From NCBI GenBank assembly GCA_043811535.1, contig JBDRNC010000020.1, positions 1 through 64,000 on the forward strand: 64,000 nt of DNA, read 5' to 3'. Position 1 is the stretch's first letter. Each line of letters opens with the position of its first letter. Source of the stretch: Elusimicrobiota bacterium (GTDB lineage Bacteria; Elusimicrobiota; Endomicrobiia; Endomicrobiales; JBDRNC01). Shown in pieces: positions 10,317 to 20,922 of the stretch. The notes under the pieces were generated by a model, which saw only the letters and a list, made by a program, of their open reading frames with translations, did not search any database and had not been told where the DNA came from. The position numbers were made by a program, and so were the translations under genes.

Positions 10317-13300
10317 ATGCCTCGCAGAAAAGACATCAGTAAAGTTCTGGTCATCGGTTCCGGTCCTATAATCATAGGGCAGGCATGCGAATTCGATTAT
10401 TCAGGCACGCAGGCCTGCAAAGCGCTGAAGGAAGAAGGATACCAGGTTGTCCTCGTCAACTCTAACCCCGCCACTATCATGACCGATCCCGAAATGGCCG
10501 ACAGGACCTACATTGAACCGCTCAATGCGGAAATGCTTGAAAAGATAATAGAAAAAGAAAGGCCTGACGCGCTTCTCCCAAATCTCGGCGGGCAAACCGG
10601 CCTTAATCTCTCTTCGGAACTCAGCAAGCTTGGGATTCTGGAAAAATATAACGTCAAATTAATCGGTTGTTCCGCGGACACCATAGAGCGCGGCGAAGAC
10701 AGGATAATTTTCAAGGAAACAATGGCGAAACTCGGCATTCCCGTGCCGAAAAGCTCCCCGTCGCATACCATTGAAGAAGCTGAAAAGATAGCGGAGGATA
10801 TAGGATATCCGGTAATACTGCGGCCGGCATATACGATGGGCGGGACCGGAAGCGGTATAGTTTTCAACTGCGAGGAACTCAGAACCATAGCGGCAAGGGG
10901 CCTTGCGGTGAGCATGGTGCACCAGGTTTTAGTTGAACAGTGCGTGCTCGGATGGGAAGAGCTTGAGCTTGAGGTTGTGCGCGATACGAAAGGGCAGAAG
11001 ATAACAGTTTGTTTCATAGAAAATATCGACCCTATGGGCGTGCACACCGGCGACAGCTTCTGCGTGGCGCCGATGCTGACGATATCAAAGGAACTTCAGG
11101 CGAAACTGCAGGATTTTTCATACAGAATAGTTGACGCGATAGGTGTCGTGGGCGGGACGAATATACAGTTTGCCCATAACCAGGATACCGGCGAAGTCGT
11201 TGCTATAGAGATAAATCCGCGCACGTCGCGGTCTTCGGCGCTTGCGTCAAAAGCGACCGGATTCCCCATAGCCAGGATTTCGGCGAAACTCGCGGCGGGG
11301 CTGAATCTGGACGAGATTGATTACTGGCGCGACGGCACGCTGGATAAATACACACCGAGCGGCGATTATGTGGTGCTTAAATTCGCGCGCTGGGCTTTTG
11401 AGAAGTTCCCGCAGGTTGAGGATAAGCTCGGCTCGCAGATGCAGGCGGTCGGCGAAGTGATGAGCATCGGCAAGAACTTTAAAGAGGCCTTTCAAAAAGC
11501 GATACGCTCGCTGGAAATCAAGCGTTACGGGTTGGGGGTTAAAAAGTTCTCCGAGATGTCCGAAAACGAACTAAGAACGCGCCTGAGTTATCCTTCAAGC
11601 GAAAGGTTTTTCCTGATGTACGAGGCGCTGCGCAAGGGATACAAGGTGGCAGAACTCTACCAGATGACGAAGGTGAAAAAGTGGTTCATCAGGCAGATGC
11701 AGGAGCTTGTCGAGTTCGAAGAAGACATAAAAAAATGCAAAAAACTTACGAAAGAAATACTCATTCAAGCTAAGGAAAACGGTTTTTCCGACAGGTATCT
11801 CGCGCAGCTGACCGGCGCGAAAGAAGCGGATATAAGGAAGCAGAGGCTCGCGGCCGGCAAGAAAGAGCATTACGAAGCGGTCCCGGTAAGCGGCGCCAAG
11901 GGGGAGTACTACTTCTCAACTTACTGCGCGAAAGATTCTGTTACGGTGTCGGATAAAAAGAAGGTCATAATTCTCGGGGGCGGACCGAACAGGATAGGGC
12001 AGGGAATAGAATTCGACTATACCTGCGTGCACGCCGCATTCGCGCTTAGGGAAGAAGGCATCGAATCGGTAATGATAAACTGCAATCCGGAGACGGTTTC
12101 AACCGATTACGACACGTCGAACAAGCTCTATTTCGAGCCGTTGACGGTTGAAGACGTGCTTTCCATATATGAAAAGGAAAAGCCCGAAGGCGTAATAGTC
12201 CAGTTCGGCGGCCAGACGCCGCTCAATATCGCTCAGGAGCTTGAAGACGCGGGCGTTAAGATACTCGGGACAAGCACGAAGAGCATCGCTATGGCGGAAG
12301 ACAGGGAGCAATTCAAGGATATCGCCACTAAACTCGGCATACCACAGCCGGAGAGCGGCATAGCAAGGTCCGTTGACGAAGCGCTCGCGATAGCCAGGCG
12401 GATAGGATATCCGCTCATGGCGCGTCCTTCATTCGTGCTGGGCGGCCGCGGCATGCAGGTTGTATTCAATGAGAACATGTTCATGGATTATATAAAGATG
12501 GCGGTGGACGTGAGTCCGGAGTACCCGATTCTGATAGATAAATTCCTGGAACAGGCCATAGAGACCGAGGTTGACGCCATTTCGGACGGCGAGGACGTAT
12601 ATATTCCGGCCATAATGGAGCACATAGAGCTGGCAGGCATACATTCGGGCGACAGCGCCTGCGTTATACCATCGCGCACTATCCCTGAAAAGGCGAAAAA
12701 GGCCATGCTGGAATACACCGAAAAGCTGGCCAGGGAACTGAAGGTTGTCGGGCTCATGAACGTGCAGTACGCCATAGCCGAGGGCAAGGTCTACATACTT
12801 GAGGCCAACCCGCGCGCCTCGCGCACCGTGCCGCTCGTAAGCAAGGTCATGGGCATTTCCATGGCCAAGATAGCAACGAAACTGATGATGGGCAGGAAGC
12901 TGAAAGATCTGACCGATTTCAAGATGCGCGAAGTAAAACATGTAGGCGTCAAAGAGGCCGTCTTCCCGTTCAACATGTTCCCGGCGGTTGATCCGCTGCT
13001 CGGTCCCGAGATGAAAGCTACGGGCGAGGTCCTGGGAATGGCGACGTCTTTCGGGCTCGCATACTATAAAGCAGAGGAAGCCGCCGGAATGCAGCTTCCG
13101 GCAGAAGGGACCGTGCTCATTTCGGTCGCGGACAGGGACAAGAAATACATAATTGACATAATAAACAAGCTTGTAAAACTCGGATTCAAGATATCCGCTA
13201 CGCGAGGCACAAAGGATTATCTGGAAAAGAACGGGATTCAGGCCGAACTCGCGCTTAAGCTGACCGAAGGCAGGCCGTCCATAACGGACGACATCGTGAA

Positions 13301-13499
13301 TAAGAAGATCAGTATGATCATCAACACTCCGCGCGGCGAAGGCGGAAAATACGACGATAGTTACATCAGAAAAACCGCTATACAGCAGAAAGTGCCCTAT
13401 ATTACGACCATCGCCGCCGCTTCTGCCGCTGTTGAAGGCATTGAAGCGATAAAGAACGATAAAATAGAAGTTAAGGCGCTGCAGGATTATCATAAATAA
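10317..13499 (+). CDS. carB: Carbamoyl-phosphate synthase large subunit, copy 2 (divergent)
   Basis: [30 protein letters not shown] after a GGAGG RBS (true start 10317, not TTG 10257); full-length. Confidence 0.97.
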   Translation: MPRRKDISKVLVIGSGPIIIGQACEFDYSGTQACKALKEEGYQVVLVNSNPATIMTDPEMADRTYIEPLNAEMLEKIIEKERPDALLPNLGGQTGLNLSSELSKLGILEKYNVKLIGCSADTIERGEDRIIFKETMAKLGIPVPKSSPSHTIEEAEKIAEDIGYPVILRPAYTMGGTGSGIVFNCEELRTIAARGLAVSMVHQVLVEQCVLGWEELELEVVRDTKGQKITVCFIENIDPMGVHTGDSFCVAPMLTISKELQAKLQDFSYRIVDAIGVVGGTNIQFAHNQDTGEVVAIEINPRTSRSSALASKATGFPIARISAKLAAGLNLDEIDYWRDGTLDKYTPSGDYVVLKFARWAFEKFPQVEDKLGSQMQAVGEVMSIGKNFKEAFQKAIRSLEIKRYGLGVKKFSEMSENELRTRLSYPSSERFFLMYEALRKGYKVAELYQMTKVKKWFIRQMQELVEFEEDIKKCKKLTKEILIQAKENGFSDRYLAQLTGAKEADIRKQRLAAGKKEHYEAVPVSGAKGEYYFSTYCAKDSVTVSDKKKVIILGGGPNRIGQGIEFDYTCVHAAFALREEGIESVMINCNPETVSTDYDTSNKLYFEPLTVEDVLSIYEKEKPEGVIVQFGGQTPLNIAQELEDAGVKILGTSTKSIAMAEDREQFKDIATKLGIPQPESGIARSVDEALAIARRIGYPLMARPSFVLGGRGMQVVFNENMFMDYIKMAVDVSPEYPILIDKFLEQAIETEVDAISDGEDVYIPAIMEHIELAGIHSGDSACVIPSRTIPEKAKKAMLEYTEKLARELKVVGLMNVQYAIAEGKVYILEANPRASRTVPLVSKVMGISMAKIATKLMMGRKLKDLTDFKMREVKHVGVKEAVFPFNMFPAVDPLLGPEMKATGEVLGMATSFGLAYYKAEEAAGMQLPAEGTVLISVADRDKKYIIDIINKLVKLGFKISATRGTKDYLEKNGIQAELALKLTEGRPSITDDIVNKKISMIINTPRGEGGKYDDSYIRKTAIQQKVPYITTIAAASAAVEGIEAIKNDKIEVKALQDYHK

Positions 13500-13636
13500 C
13501 TGCAGCAATTAGCAATTGGCAATTAGCAATTAGAAAAACTAACAGTCAAAAAAAATATTTTGGAAATATTTTTTGAGAAAAACGTTCTCCGACGGAAAAC
13601 CTGCCGGAAAATATTTTGAAATAAATTGAAAAAAAC

Positions 13637-13665
13637 TTGACACACAACTAGTTGTATGATATAAT
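13637..13665 (+). promoter_or_regulatory. sigma70-type promoter of nrdR-nrdJ
   Basis: Perfect TTGACA-17-TATAAT with an A-rich UP-like tract upstream. Confidence 0.8.
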
Positions 13666-13772
13666 CCCCTTAGACAAGATGTAGTGGTATTTGGCTTTGT
13701 TAGGGGGGATTTTATTATTCCTTGACAACGCAATATATAGCATAGGCTGGCTCTGAAATACAACCTGTAGTG
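13643..13772. promoter_or_regulatory. Candidate NrdR boxes (two pairs)
   Basis: CACAACTAGTTGTA (13643), GACAAGATGTAGTG (13673), CGCAATATATAGCA (13729) and TACAACCTGTAGTG (13759) resemble the NrdR consensus CACwATATATwGTG; upstream of nrdR-nrdJ. Confidence 0.65.
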
Positions 13773-14034
13773 TTCCGGACGCGCCCAAACAAACCTCAGA
13801 GGCCCTGTTAGATACTCCAAAACCTATACGCACAGACAGCCTTCTACCCGCAGTTTTTTGTTTTTTTAGCAGTTTTTAAAGGAACAATCTTTTAAATCTT
13901 TCTAATCCACCTTCGTCCATCATGATGGACTTCGGCGGATTTCAGCTTGCTGTCAAATGACTTATTCATATACGGGCTTACGCCCGTAGAGCTTCAATCT
14001 TTCAAATCTTTGTAATCTTGTAATTGTATCTATT

Positions 14035-14535
14035 ATGCGCTGCCCCTTCTGCAAGAGTTTTAACGACCAAGTCATAGATTCCAGGCCGATGGACGAATCT
14101 TCTGTCATCCGCAGGCGAAGGGAATGCCTGGAATGCAATAAAAGATTCACAACCTACGAACGCCTTGAGGAGATGCCTCTCATGGTGGTCAAATCCGACC
14201 AGCGCAGGGAGCTTTTTAACCGCCAGAAAATCCGCGAAGGAATAGCCAAAGCATGCGAAAAACGCCCGATCTCGCAGGACACAATTGAAAAGATAGCCAG
14301 CGAAGTGGAATACGAGTTGCAGGACTACGTGATGGAGGCCCCGAGCCGCACTATAGGCGGAAAAGTCCTTGAGAAGCTCAAGAAGATAGACCACGTGGCC
14401 TATATAAGGTTCGCTTCGGTCTATCACCAGTTCGAGGACATAGATAAGTTCATGAAAGAACTTAAAAAGATCAAAAAAGAATACAAAAATATGGAAGAAT
14501 CAAAAGCGGAAGAAATCAAAAAAAGCAGCGAGTAA
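14035..14535 (+). CDS. nrdR: Transcriptional repressor NrdR
   Basis: MRCPFC..VIDSR..IRRRREC..C..RFTTYE zinc ribbon, ATP-cone, AYIRFASVY. Confidence 0.97.
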   Translation: MRCPFCKSFNDQVIDSRPMDESSVIRRRRECLECNKRFTTYERLEEMPLMVVKSDQRRELFNRQKIREGIAKACEKRPISQDTIEKIASEVEYELQDYVMEAPSRTIGGKVLEKLKKIDHVAYIRFASVYHQFEDIDKFMKELKKIKKEYKNMEESKAEEIKKSSE

Positions 14536-14547
14536 GAAATAGAGAGA

Positions 14548-14576
14548 GTAGCCGGCACTTAAGTGCCGGTCTACCT
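14548..14576 (+). repeat. REP-like palindrome with a GTAG end, copy 1
   Basis: GTAG-CCGGCAC-TTAA-GTGCCGG-T-CTACCT; near-identical copy at 20883-20911. Confidence 0.7.
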
Positions 14577-14711
14577 AAGACAGGTGTCAATACCCTTCGG
14601 GTATTTCGCAATAGGACAGTTCAATACTACGCTTAAGGTGCTCAATCCCCTTCGGGGATCTCACTTGCGACAATTTAGAAAAACACTTAAGGTGTTCGAG
14701 GAGGCAGTGAA

Positions 14712-17030
14712 ATGGTTATGAGTTTAAATCGACAGGAGCTCTTGCAGAAAGTGAAACCGGTGTTAACGCAGAATTCCCTTACTGTTCTGAAAAAACGATA
14801 TTTACGCAAAGACGTAACCGGCAACGCTATCGAGGAGCCGGCGGAGCTTTTTTGGAGGGTTGCCGAGAACATCGCGCAGGCCGACAAGAATTATGATCAG
14901 AACGCCGATATTGAGTCGCTTGCTCAGGAATTCTACATACTCATGGCCACGCTTGATTTTCTCCCGAACTCGCCTACCCTTATGAATGCCGGCAGGGAAC
15001 TGCAGCAGCTTTCCGCGTGCTTCGTCCTTCCGATAGAAGATTCAATGGACTCTATTTTTGAGACGCTGAAAAATACGGCGATTATACATAAATCCGGCGG
15101 CGGCACGGGTTTTTCTTTCACGCGCCTGCGCCCTAAAAACGACATGGTCGCCAGCACCAGCGGCGTTTCATCAGGCCCGGTATCTTTCATGCAGGTCTTT
15201 AACTCCGCCACTGAAGCGATAAAGCAGGGCGGCACGCGGCGCGGCGCGAACATGGGGATCCTTCGGGTGGACCACCCGGATATCATGGATTTCATATCCT
15301 GCAAAACTAAAAACGAGAGCCTCAACAACTTCAATATATCTGTCGCGCTCACGGCCGAGTTTATGGACGCCGTTGAAGACGACAGTGAATTCGCGCTTTA
15401 CAGCCCCAGGACAAAACAAGAGCTCGGGCGCATGCGCGCGAAAGACGTATTTGAAAAGATAGTGGACCAGGCGTGGAGGAACGGCGAGCCGGGAATAGTA
15501 TTCATAGACCGAATCAACGCGGCGAACCCGACGCCCGCGGTGGGCATGATAGAATCCACGAACCCCTGCGGGGAACAGCCGCTCCTTCCTTATGAATCCT
15601 GCAACCTCGGCTCAATTAACCTGTCGCACATGGTTTACGAAGGCAAGATAGACTGGAACCGCCTTGAAAAAGTCATAAAAACCTCCGTGCATTTCTTGGA
15701 CAACGTCATAGACATGAATAACTACCCGATTGAACAGATAGCCCAGATGACCAGGTCAAACCGGAAGATCGGCCTCGGCGTGATGGGCTGGGCCGACATG
15801 CTTGTGCAGCTTAACATATCTTATAACTCGCATGAAGCGATGAAACTCGCGGAAAAGATAATGTCATTCGTGCAGGACAAGGCACGCGACGCGTCCGAGG
15901 TGCTGGCAGAAAAGCGCGGCGCTTTTCCGAACTTCAAGCAGAGCATTTATAGCGACCAGAAGCCGAGAAGGAACGCGACGCTCACGACGATAGCTCCCAC
16001 GGGCACGATAGGCATAATCGCGAACGCCTCCAGCGGCGTTGAGCCCTACTTCGGGCTTGTGTACAAGCGCGCGAACGTGCTTGACAACCAGGAGATGATG
16101 GAGATAAATCCGTTTTTTGAGCAATCCGCCAAAGATATGGGCTTCCATTCCGACGGCCTTATGGGCCGCATAGCCGAGAGAGGCAGCATCAAGGAGTTCA
16201 AGGAAATCCCGGAAAAAACCCGCAAGGTATACACCACATCGCACGATATATCACCTGAAGACCACATCAGGATGCAGGCAGTTTTCCAGAAATACACCGA
16301 TAACGCGGTATCAAAAACAGTCAACTTCTCGCATTCGGCGACCAGGGATGACGTCGCCAGCGTCTACATGCTGGCATACAAGCTCGGGTGTAAGGGCGTC
16401 ACGGTTTACCGTGACGGCAGCCGCGATGTGCAGGTGCTCAATATTGGCAGCGCGCCGGCGGGCAAGGACGGCAAGATGGAGTTTAAGGAACGCCGGCCGC
16501 GCCACCGCCCGAAAGTCACGCACGGCTCCACGCTTCTCATGAATACCGGATGCGGAAAGATGTATGTCACGGTTAACGAAGACGAGCAGGGCGCGTGCGA
16601 GGTATTCACTCAGCTTGGAAAATCCGGCGGGTGTACGGCGTCGCAGGCCGAGGCGGTAAGCCGCATGATATCGCTGGCGCTGCGTTCCGGGATAAGCCAG
16701 GAAGAGATCGTCTTCCAGCTGAAAGGGATACGCTGCCCGTCGCCGACGCTGGCCGAAGGCGGCGCGATACTTTCATGCGCGGACGCGATAGCAAAAGCCC
16801 TTGAAAACTATCAGAAGGAAAGGGTTATACCGGACCTTTTCAGCGGAGATACCAAAGCGATCCCGGCGACAACGGTAATTGAGGCGAAGAAAAGCTCGGG
16901 AACAGGCGGCAATCTTAATAAACGCGACTTTGTCGGCTCGTGCCCGCAGTGCCCCGAATGCGGCGAGATGCTTGAATTCGGCGAAGGCTGTGTTGTGTGC
17001 CGGAGCTGCGGATACTCTAAATGTTGGTAG
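14712..17030 (+). CDS. nrdJ: Class II (adenosylcobalamin-dependent) ribonucleotide reductase
   Basis: [49 protein letters not shown]-like C-domain (SCADAI) and terminal Zn ribbon; no nrdB nearby. Confidence 0.92.
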   Translation: MVMSLNRQELLQKVKPVLTQNSLTVLKKRYLRKDVTGNAIEEPAELFWRVAENIAQADKNYDQNADIESLAQEFYILMATLDFLPNSPTLMNAGRELQQLSACFVLPIEDSMDSIFETLKNTAIIHKSGGGTGFSFTRLRPKNDMVASTSGVSSGPVSFMQVFNSATEAIKQGGTRRGANMGILRVDHPDIMDFISCKTKNESLNNFNISVALTAEFMDAVEDDSEFALYSPRTKQELGRMRAKDVFEKIVDQAWRNGEPGIVFIDRINAANPTPAVGMIESTNPCGEQPLLPYESCNLGSINLSHMVYEGKIDWNRLEKVIKTSVHFLDNVIDMNNYPIEQIAQMTRSNRKIGLGVMGWADMLVQLNISYNSHEAMKLAEKIMSFVQDKARDASEVLAEKRGAFPNFKQSIYSDQKPRRNATLTTIAPTGTIGIIANASSGVEPYFGLVYKRANVLDNQEMMEINPFFEQSAKDMGFHSDGLMGRIAERGSIKEFKEIPEKTRKVYTTSHDISPEDHIRMQAVFQKYTDNAVSKTVNFSHSATRDDVASVYMLAYKLGCKGVTVYRDGSRDVQVLNIGSAPAGKDGKMEFKERRPRHRPKVTHGSTLLMNTGCGKMYVTVNEDEQGACEVFTQLGKSGGCTASQAEAVSRMISLALRSGISQEEIVFQLKGIRCPSPTLAEGGAILSCADAIAKALENYQKERVIPDLFSGDTKAIPATTVIEAKKSSGTGGNLNKRDFVGSCPQCPECGEMLEFGEGCVVCRSCGYSKCW

Positions 17031-17139
17031 TTAAGACAGCGATTGGCAATTGGCGATTAGTTAAAGGCTTTTTGTCGTTACTAATGGCTAATGGCAAATC
17101 GCTAATTGCTAAAAAACAATAACAGGATAGTCCTAAGAT

Positions 17140-17694
17140 ATGATTAAATCTGACTCATGGATTAAAATGATGGCCCGCGATAAGGGCATGATTGAGCCGT
17201 TTGCGGAAGAGCAGGTGCGGAACGGCAATATATCTTACGGGCTTTCTTCGTACGGCTACGACATGCGCGTGGCGAACGAATTCAAGCTATTCAAGGAAAA
17301 CGCAGGTTCGATACTGGATCCGAAGAATTTCAAGGAATCCGACTTTGAAACGCTGAAAGTCAGTGATTTCATTCTTATCCCGCCGAACTCGTTCGTGATA
17401 GGCAGAAGTGTTGAATATTTCAGGATACCAAGGAATGTCGTTACCTGCTGTTTCGGGAAATCGACATACGCCAGGTGCGGGGTTATAGTCAACGTGACTC
17501 CTTTTGAGCCGGAGTGGGAGGGTTTCGTGACCATGAGCATATCCAACACCGCGCCGGTGCCTGCGAAATTATACGTGAATGAAGGCATAGCCCAGGTTCT
17601 TTTCTTTGAGAGTGACGAGGTTTGCGCGGTTTCATACGCCGACCGCAAGGGCAAGTATCAGGCTCAGAAGACGATAACTTTACCGAAGATATGA
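17140..17694 (+). CDS. dcd: dCTP deaminase
   Basis: [39 protein letters not shown]. Confidence 0.96.
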   Translation: MIKSDSWIKMMARDKGMIEPFAEEQVRNGNISYGLSSYGYDMRVANEFKLFKENAGSILDPKNFKESDFETLKVSDFILIPPNSFVIGRSVEYFRIPRNVVTCCFGKSTYARCGVIVNVTPFEPEWEGFVTMSISNTAPVPAKLYVNEGIAQVLFFESDEVCAVSYADRKGKYQAQKTITLPKI

Positions 17695-17858
17695 GCCTGA
17701 AGCAAGTCCTTTGCGAAGCAGAAGGACTCAGAAAACTATCACTCTACCCAAGATATAGCCATTAGCAATTTGCTATTGGCAATTAGTGAAAAACAATTAG
17801 AAGTTTACTAATAGCTAATGGCTAATTACTAATAGCTGAAAACTGGAGGTTTTAACAA

Positions 17859-19019
17859 ATGAGTTTCTTTATCGGTCGTGACAGGGAGGCCCGCAGGGCA
17901 TACGGATTTGACGAGGTCGCAATTGTCCCGGGTGGTATGACGATAAATCCGGACGAAGTGGATATAAAAACGCATATCGGCCCTATAATGCTTGACATAC
18001 CTTTCCTCGCGAGCGCGATGGACGGTGTAGTTGACGTAAAGTTCGCTGTGGCGATGGGGAAACTGGGCGGAATGGCGGTCCTTAACCTTGACGGCGTGCA
18101 GACCAGATACGAACATCCGGAAGAAATTCTTAAGAAAATCGCCGAAGCCTCGCCCGAACAGGCGACGGCGCTTGTTCAGGACGTGTATAAGGAACCTATC
18201 AAGGAAAAGCTTGTCGGGCAGAGGGTAAAAGAGATAAAGAAGGGAGGAGTGCTTGCTGCGGTATCCTGCATTCCGTCGAACGCTCCGAAATTCGGTAAGC
18301 TGGCGGAAGAGGCCGGAGCCGACGTTTTCACGGTGCAGTCAACGGTTTCCACCGTGAGGCACATCTCCACGGCGTATGAAGCGATAAATTTCAAGAAATT
18401 CTGCAGCGATATGAAAATACCCATCATCATAGGCAACGTTGTCACGTACAACGCCGCTGTTGAGCTGATGGAAACAGGATGTTCGGCTCTGCTTGTCGGC
18501 GTCGGGCCCGGGGCGGCCTGCACGTCGCGCGGCGTGCTCGGAATAGGCGTCCCGCAGGTCACGGCGACCATAGACTGCTCGGCGGCGAGGGACTTTTTCT
18601 ATAAAAAGACTGGAAAATACGTATCGATAATAACTGACGGAGGGATGAATTCGGGCGGAGACATCTGCAAGGCCTTCGCATGCGGAGCTGACGCGGTCAT
18701 GGTAGGCTCGGCATTCGCAAGGACAAACGAAGCGCCCGGCCGCGGTTTCCACTGGGGCATGGCCACTCCGCATCACAACCTGCCACGCGGTACCAGGATA
18801 AAAGTAGGTGTAACAGGCTCGCTAGAAGATATCCTTATGGGGCCGGCACGCCTTGATGACGGAACTCAGAACCTCGTCGGCGCTGTGCGCACATGCATGG
18901 GGACGATCGGCGCGAAGAATATAAAAGAGTTCCAGCTGGCCGAGCTGATAATCGCCCCGGATATAAAATCTGAAGGCAAATTGTTCCAGAGGGCGCAAAA
19001 GATTGGCATGTGTAAGTAA
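17859..19019 (+). CDS. guaB: IMP dehydrogenase, GuaB3-like (no CBS domains)
   Basis: RRAYGFDEVAIVPG, ASAMDGVVD, GVGPGAACTSRGVLGIGVPQ, HWGMATP..LPRGTR; directly upstream of guaA. Confidence 0.88.
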   Translation: MSFFIGRDREARRAYGFDEVAIVPGGMTINPDEVDIKTHIGPIMLDIPFLASAMDGVVDVKFAVAMGKLGGMAVLNLDGVQTRYEHPEEILKKIAEASPEQATALVQDVYKEPIKEKLVGQRVKEIKKGGVLAAVSCIPSNAPKFGKLAEEAGADVFTVQSTVSTVRHISTAYEAINFKKFCSDMKIPIIIGNVVTYNAAVELMETGCSALLVGVGPGAACTSRGVLGIGVPQVTATIDCSAARDFFYKKTGKYVSIITDGGMNSGGDICKAFACGADAVMVGSAFARTNEAPGRGFHWGMATPHHNLPRGTRIKVGVTGSLEDILMGPARLDDGTQNLVGAVRTCMGTIGAKNIKEFQLAELIIAPDIKSEGKLFQRAQKIGMCK

Positions 19020-19289
19020 TTCAAGCGAAGCTTGAATTACGATTACAAATTACAAATTTCAGATTACAAATTCTTTCGCACGCGATGACGGGCAAAAGGT
19101 AGGCGGCACCTTCGGCGCCGCGATTGAGATACGAAAACGGGCTCCCTTGCCAAACTCGTATCAGAATTGAAAAGACGTCATTGCGAGTCCGCCGCGGCGG
19201 ACGAAGCAATCTCAGGTATCGCTCAGTGAAGATGTATTGTCTTGGCTGTAACGAAATACGAACTACGAAATACGGAATACGGTATTTAA

Positions 19290-20819
19290 ATGATTTTAAT
19301 TTTAGATTTTGGGTCGCAGGTTACTCAGCTTATCGCCAGAAGGATAAGAGAAGCCAAGGTTTACTGCGAGATATATCCGGGAAATAAGCCGATAAGTTCT
19401 TTTGGGTCAATGGCTAATGTGACCGGGATAATCCTTTCGGGCGGGCCCTGCAGCGTTTATGAGAAAGGCGCGCCGTGGCCTGATGAAAAGATATGGGACC
19501 TCGGTCTGCCGATCCTTGGCATCTGCTACGGCATGCAGCTTATAGCGGAAAAACTCGGCGGGAAGGTGAAGAAATCAAACCGCAGGGAGTTCGGCGTAGC
19601 GGAACTGTTCATTGACGATAACGATAAATTGTTTGCCGGTCTCGGTAAAAGAACAACTGTCTGGATGAGCCACGGCGATTCGCTCTCAAGACTGCCGAAG
19701 GGCTTCAAAAAGATTGCCCACACCAGCAACTCGCCGTACGCGGCGATAGCCGACCTTAAAAGGAATATATACGGCGTCCAGTTCCATCCGGAAGTGAAGC
19801 ACACGCCGCAAGGCTATAAGATGCTTCGCGATTTTGTCTTCAATATCTGCAATGATAAGCCGGATTGGACGATGCACTCGTTCATCAGGGAAGAGATCAA
19901 GAAGATAAAACAGCAGGTTGGCGGCGGCAAGGTTTTGTGCGCTCTTTCGGGCGGCGTTGATTCGTCCGTTGCGGCCGTATTGATGCACAAAGCGGTCGGG
20001 AAACAGCTTACCTGCGTGTTCGTCGATAACGGTGTTCTGCGCAGCGGCGAATGGGAAAGAGTTGAAAAAGTATTCAAAAAGAAATTCGGCAAGCGCATGA
20101 TAATGGTTGACGCGGGCAAAAGGTTCCTTGACAGGCTCGCGGGTGTAGCTGATCCCGAGAGAAAGAGAAAGATAATAGGCCACGAGTTCATAGCGGTTTT
20201 TGAAAAAGAGGCGCGCAGGCTTAAACACGTAGATTTCCTTGTGCAGGGGACGCTTTACCCGGATGTGATAGAAAGCGTGTCGGTAAAAGGGCCGTCAGCA
20301 GTCATCAAGTCCCATCATAATGTCGGCGGCCTGCCCGAAAAGATGAGGATGAAGCTGGTAGAGCCGTTGAAATTCCTTTTCAAAGACGAAGTGCGGGTGC
20401 TCGGTAAAGAATTAAAGATTCCTTCGGAGATTCTGTCGCGGCACCCCTTTCCGGGGCCCGGGCTTGCGATACGCGTGCTGGGCGATGTCACGAAAGAACG
20501 GCTTGACATCCTGCGCAAGGCCGACTTGATAGTGGAAAACGAGATAAGAGCCGCGGGATTGTACGAGAAACTATGGCAGGCATTCGCGGTCATTCTGCCG
20601 GTTAAGACCGTTGGTGTCATGGGCGATTCGCGCACATATGAGAACGTTGTGGCATTGCGCATAGTGGAATCGGCCGACGCGATGACGGCGGATTGGGCCA
20701 AGATTCCGTACGAACTGCTTGGAAAGATATCAAACCGGATAATAAACGAGGTGCGCGGCGTCAACCGCGTCGTTTACGATATATCGCAGAAACCTCCCGC
20801 CACGATAGAATGGGAGTAA
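19290..20819 (+). CDS. guaA: GMP synthase (glutamine-hydrolysing)
   Basis: [37 protein letters not shown]. Confidence 0.98.
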   Translation: MILILDFGSQVTQLIARRIREAKVYCEIYPGNKPISSFGSMANVTGIILSGGPCSVYEKGAPWPDEKIWDLGLPILGICYGMQLIAEKLGGKVKKSNRREFGVAELFIDDNDKLFAGLGKRTTVWMSHGDSLSRLPKGFKKIAHTSNSPYAAIADLKRNIYGVQFHPEVKHTPQGYKMLRDFVFNICNDKPDWTMHSFIREEIKKIKQQVGGGKVLCALSGGVDSSVAAVLMHKAVGKQLTCVFVDNGVLRSGEWERVEKVFKKKFGKRMIMVDAGKRFLDRLAGVADPERKRKIIGHEFIAVFEKEARRLKHVDFLVQGTLYPDVIESVSVKGPSAVIKSHHNVGGLPEKMRMKLVEPLKFLFKDEVRVLGKELKIPSEILSRHPFPGPGLAIRVLGDVTKERLDILRKADLIVENEIRAAGLYEKLWQAFAVILPVKTVGVMGDSRTYENVVALRIVESADAMTADWAKIPYELLGKISNRIINEVRGVNRVVYDISQKPPATIEWE

Positions 20820-20882
20820 ATGTAAGGCGAGCTGTAAATGAGGGGACTTAAGTCCCCGAATGGCGAGACGAACAACCAAATT

Positions 20883-20911
20883 GTAGCCGGCACTTAAGTG
20901 CCGGGCTACCT
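20883..20911 (+). repeat. REP-like palindrome with a GTAG end, copy 2
   Basis: GTAGCCGGCACTTAAGTGCCGGGCTACCT; one mismatch to the 14548 copy. Confidence 0.7.
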
Positions 20912-20922
20912 GGGAGATTTAA

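Noticed and set aside
12429..13508. Long antisense ORFs (359 aa here; also 30403-31371, 42710-43603, 9237-10034)
   Set aside because: They lie opposite well-conserved genes and are shadow frames from codon bias with no protein motifs
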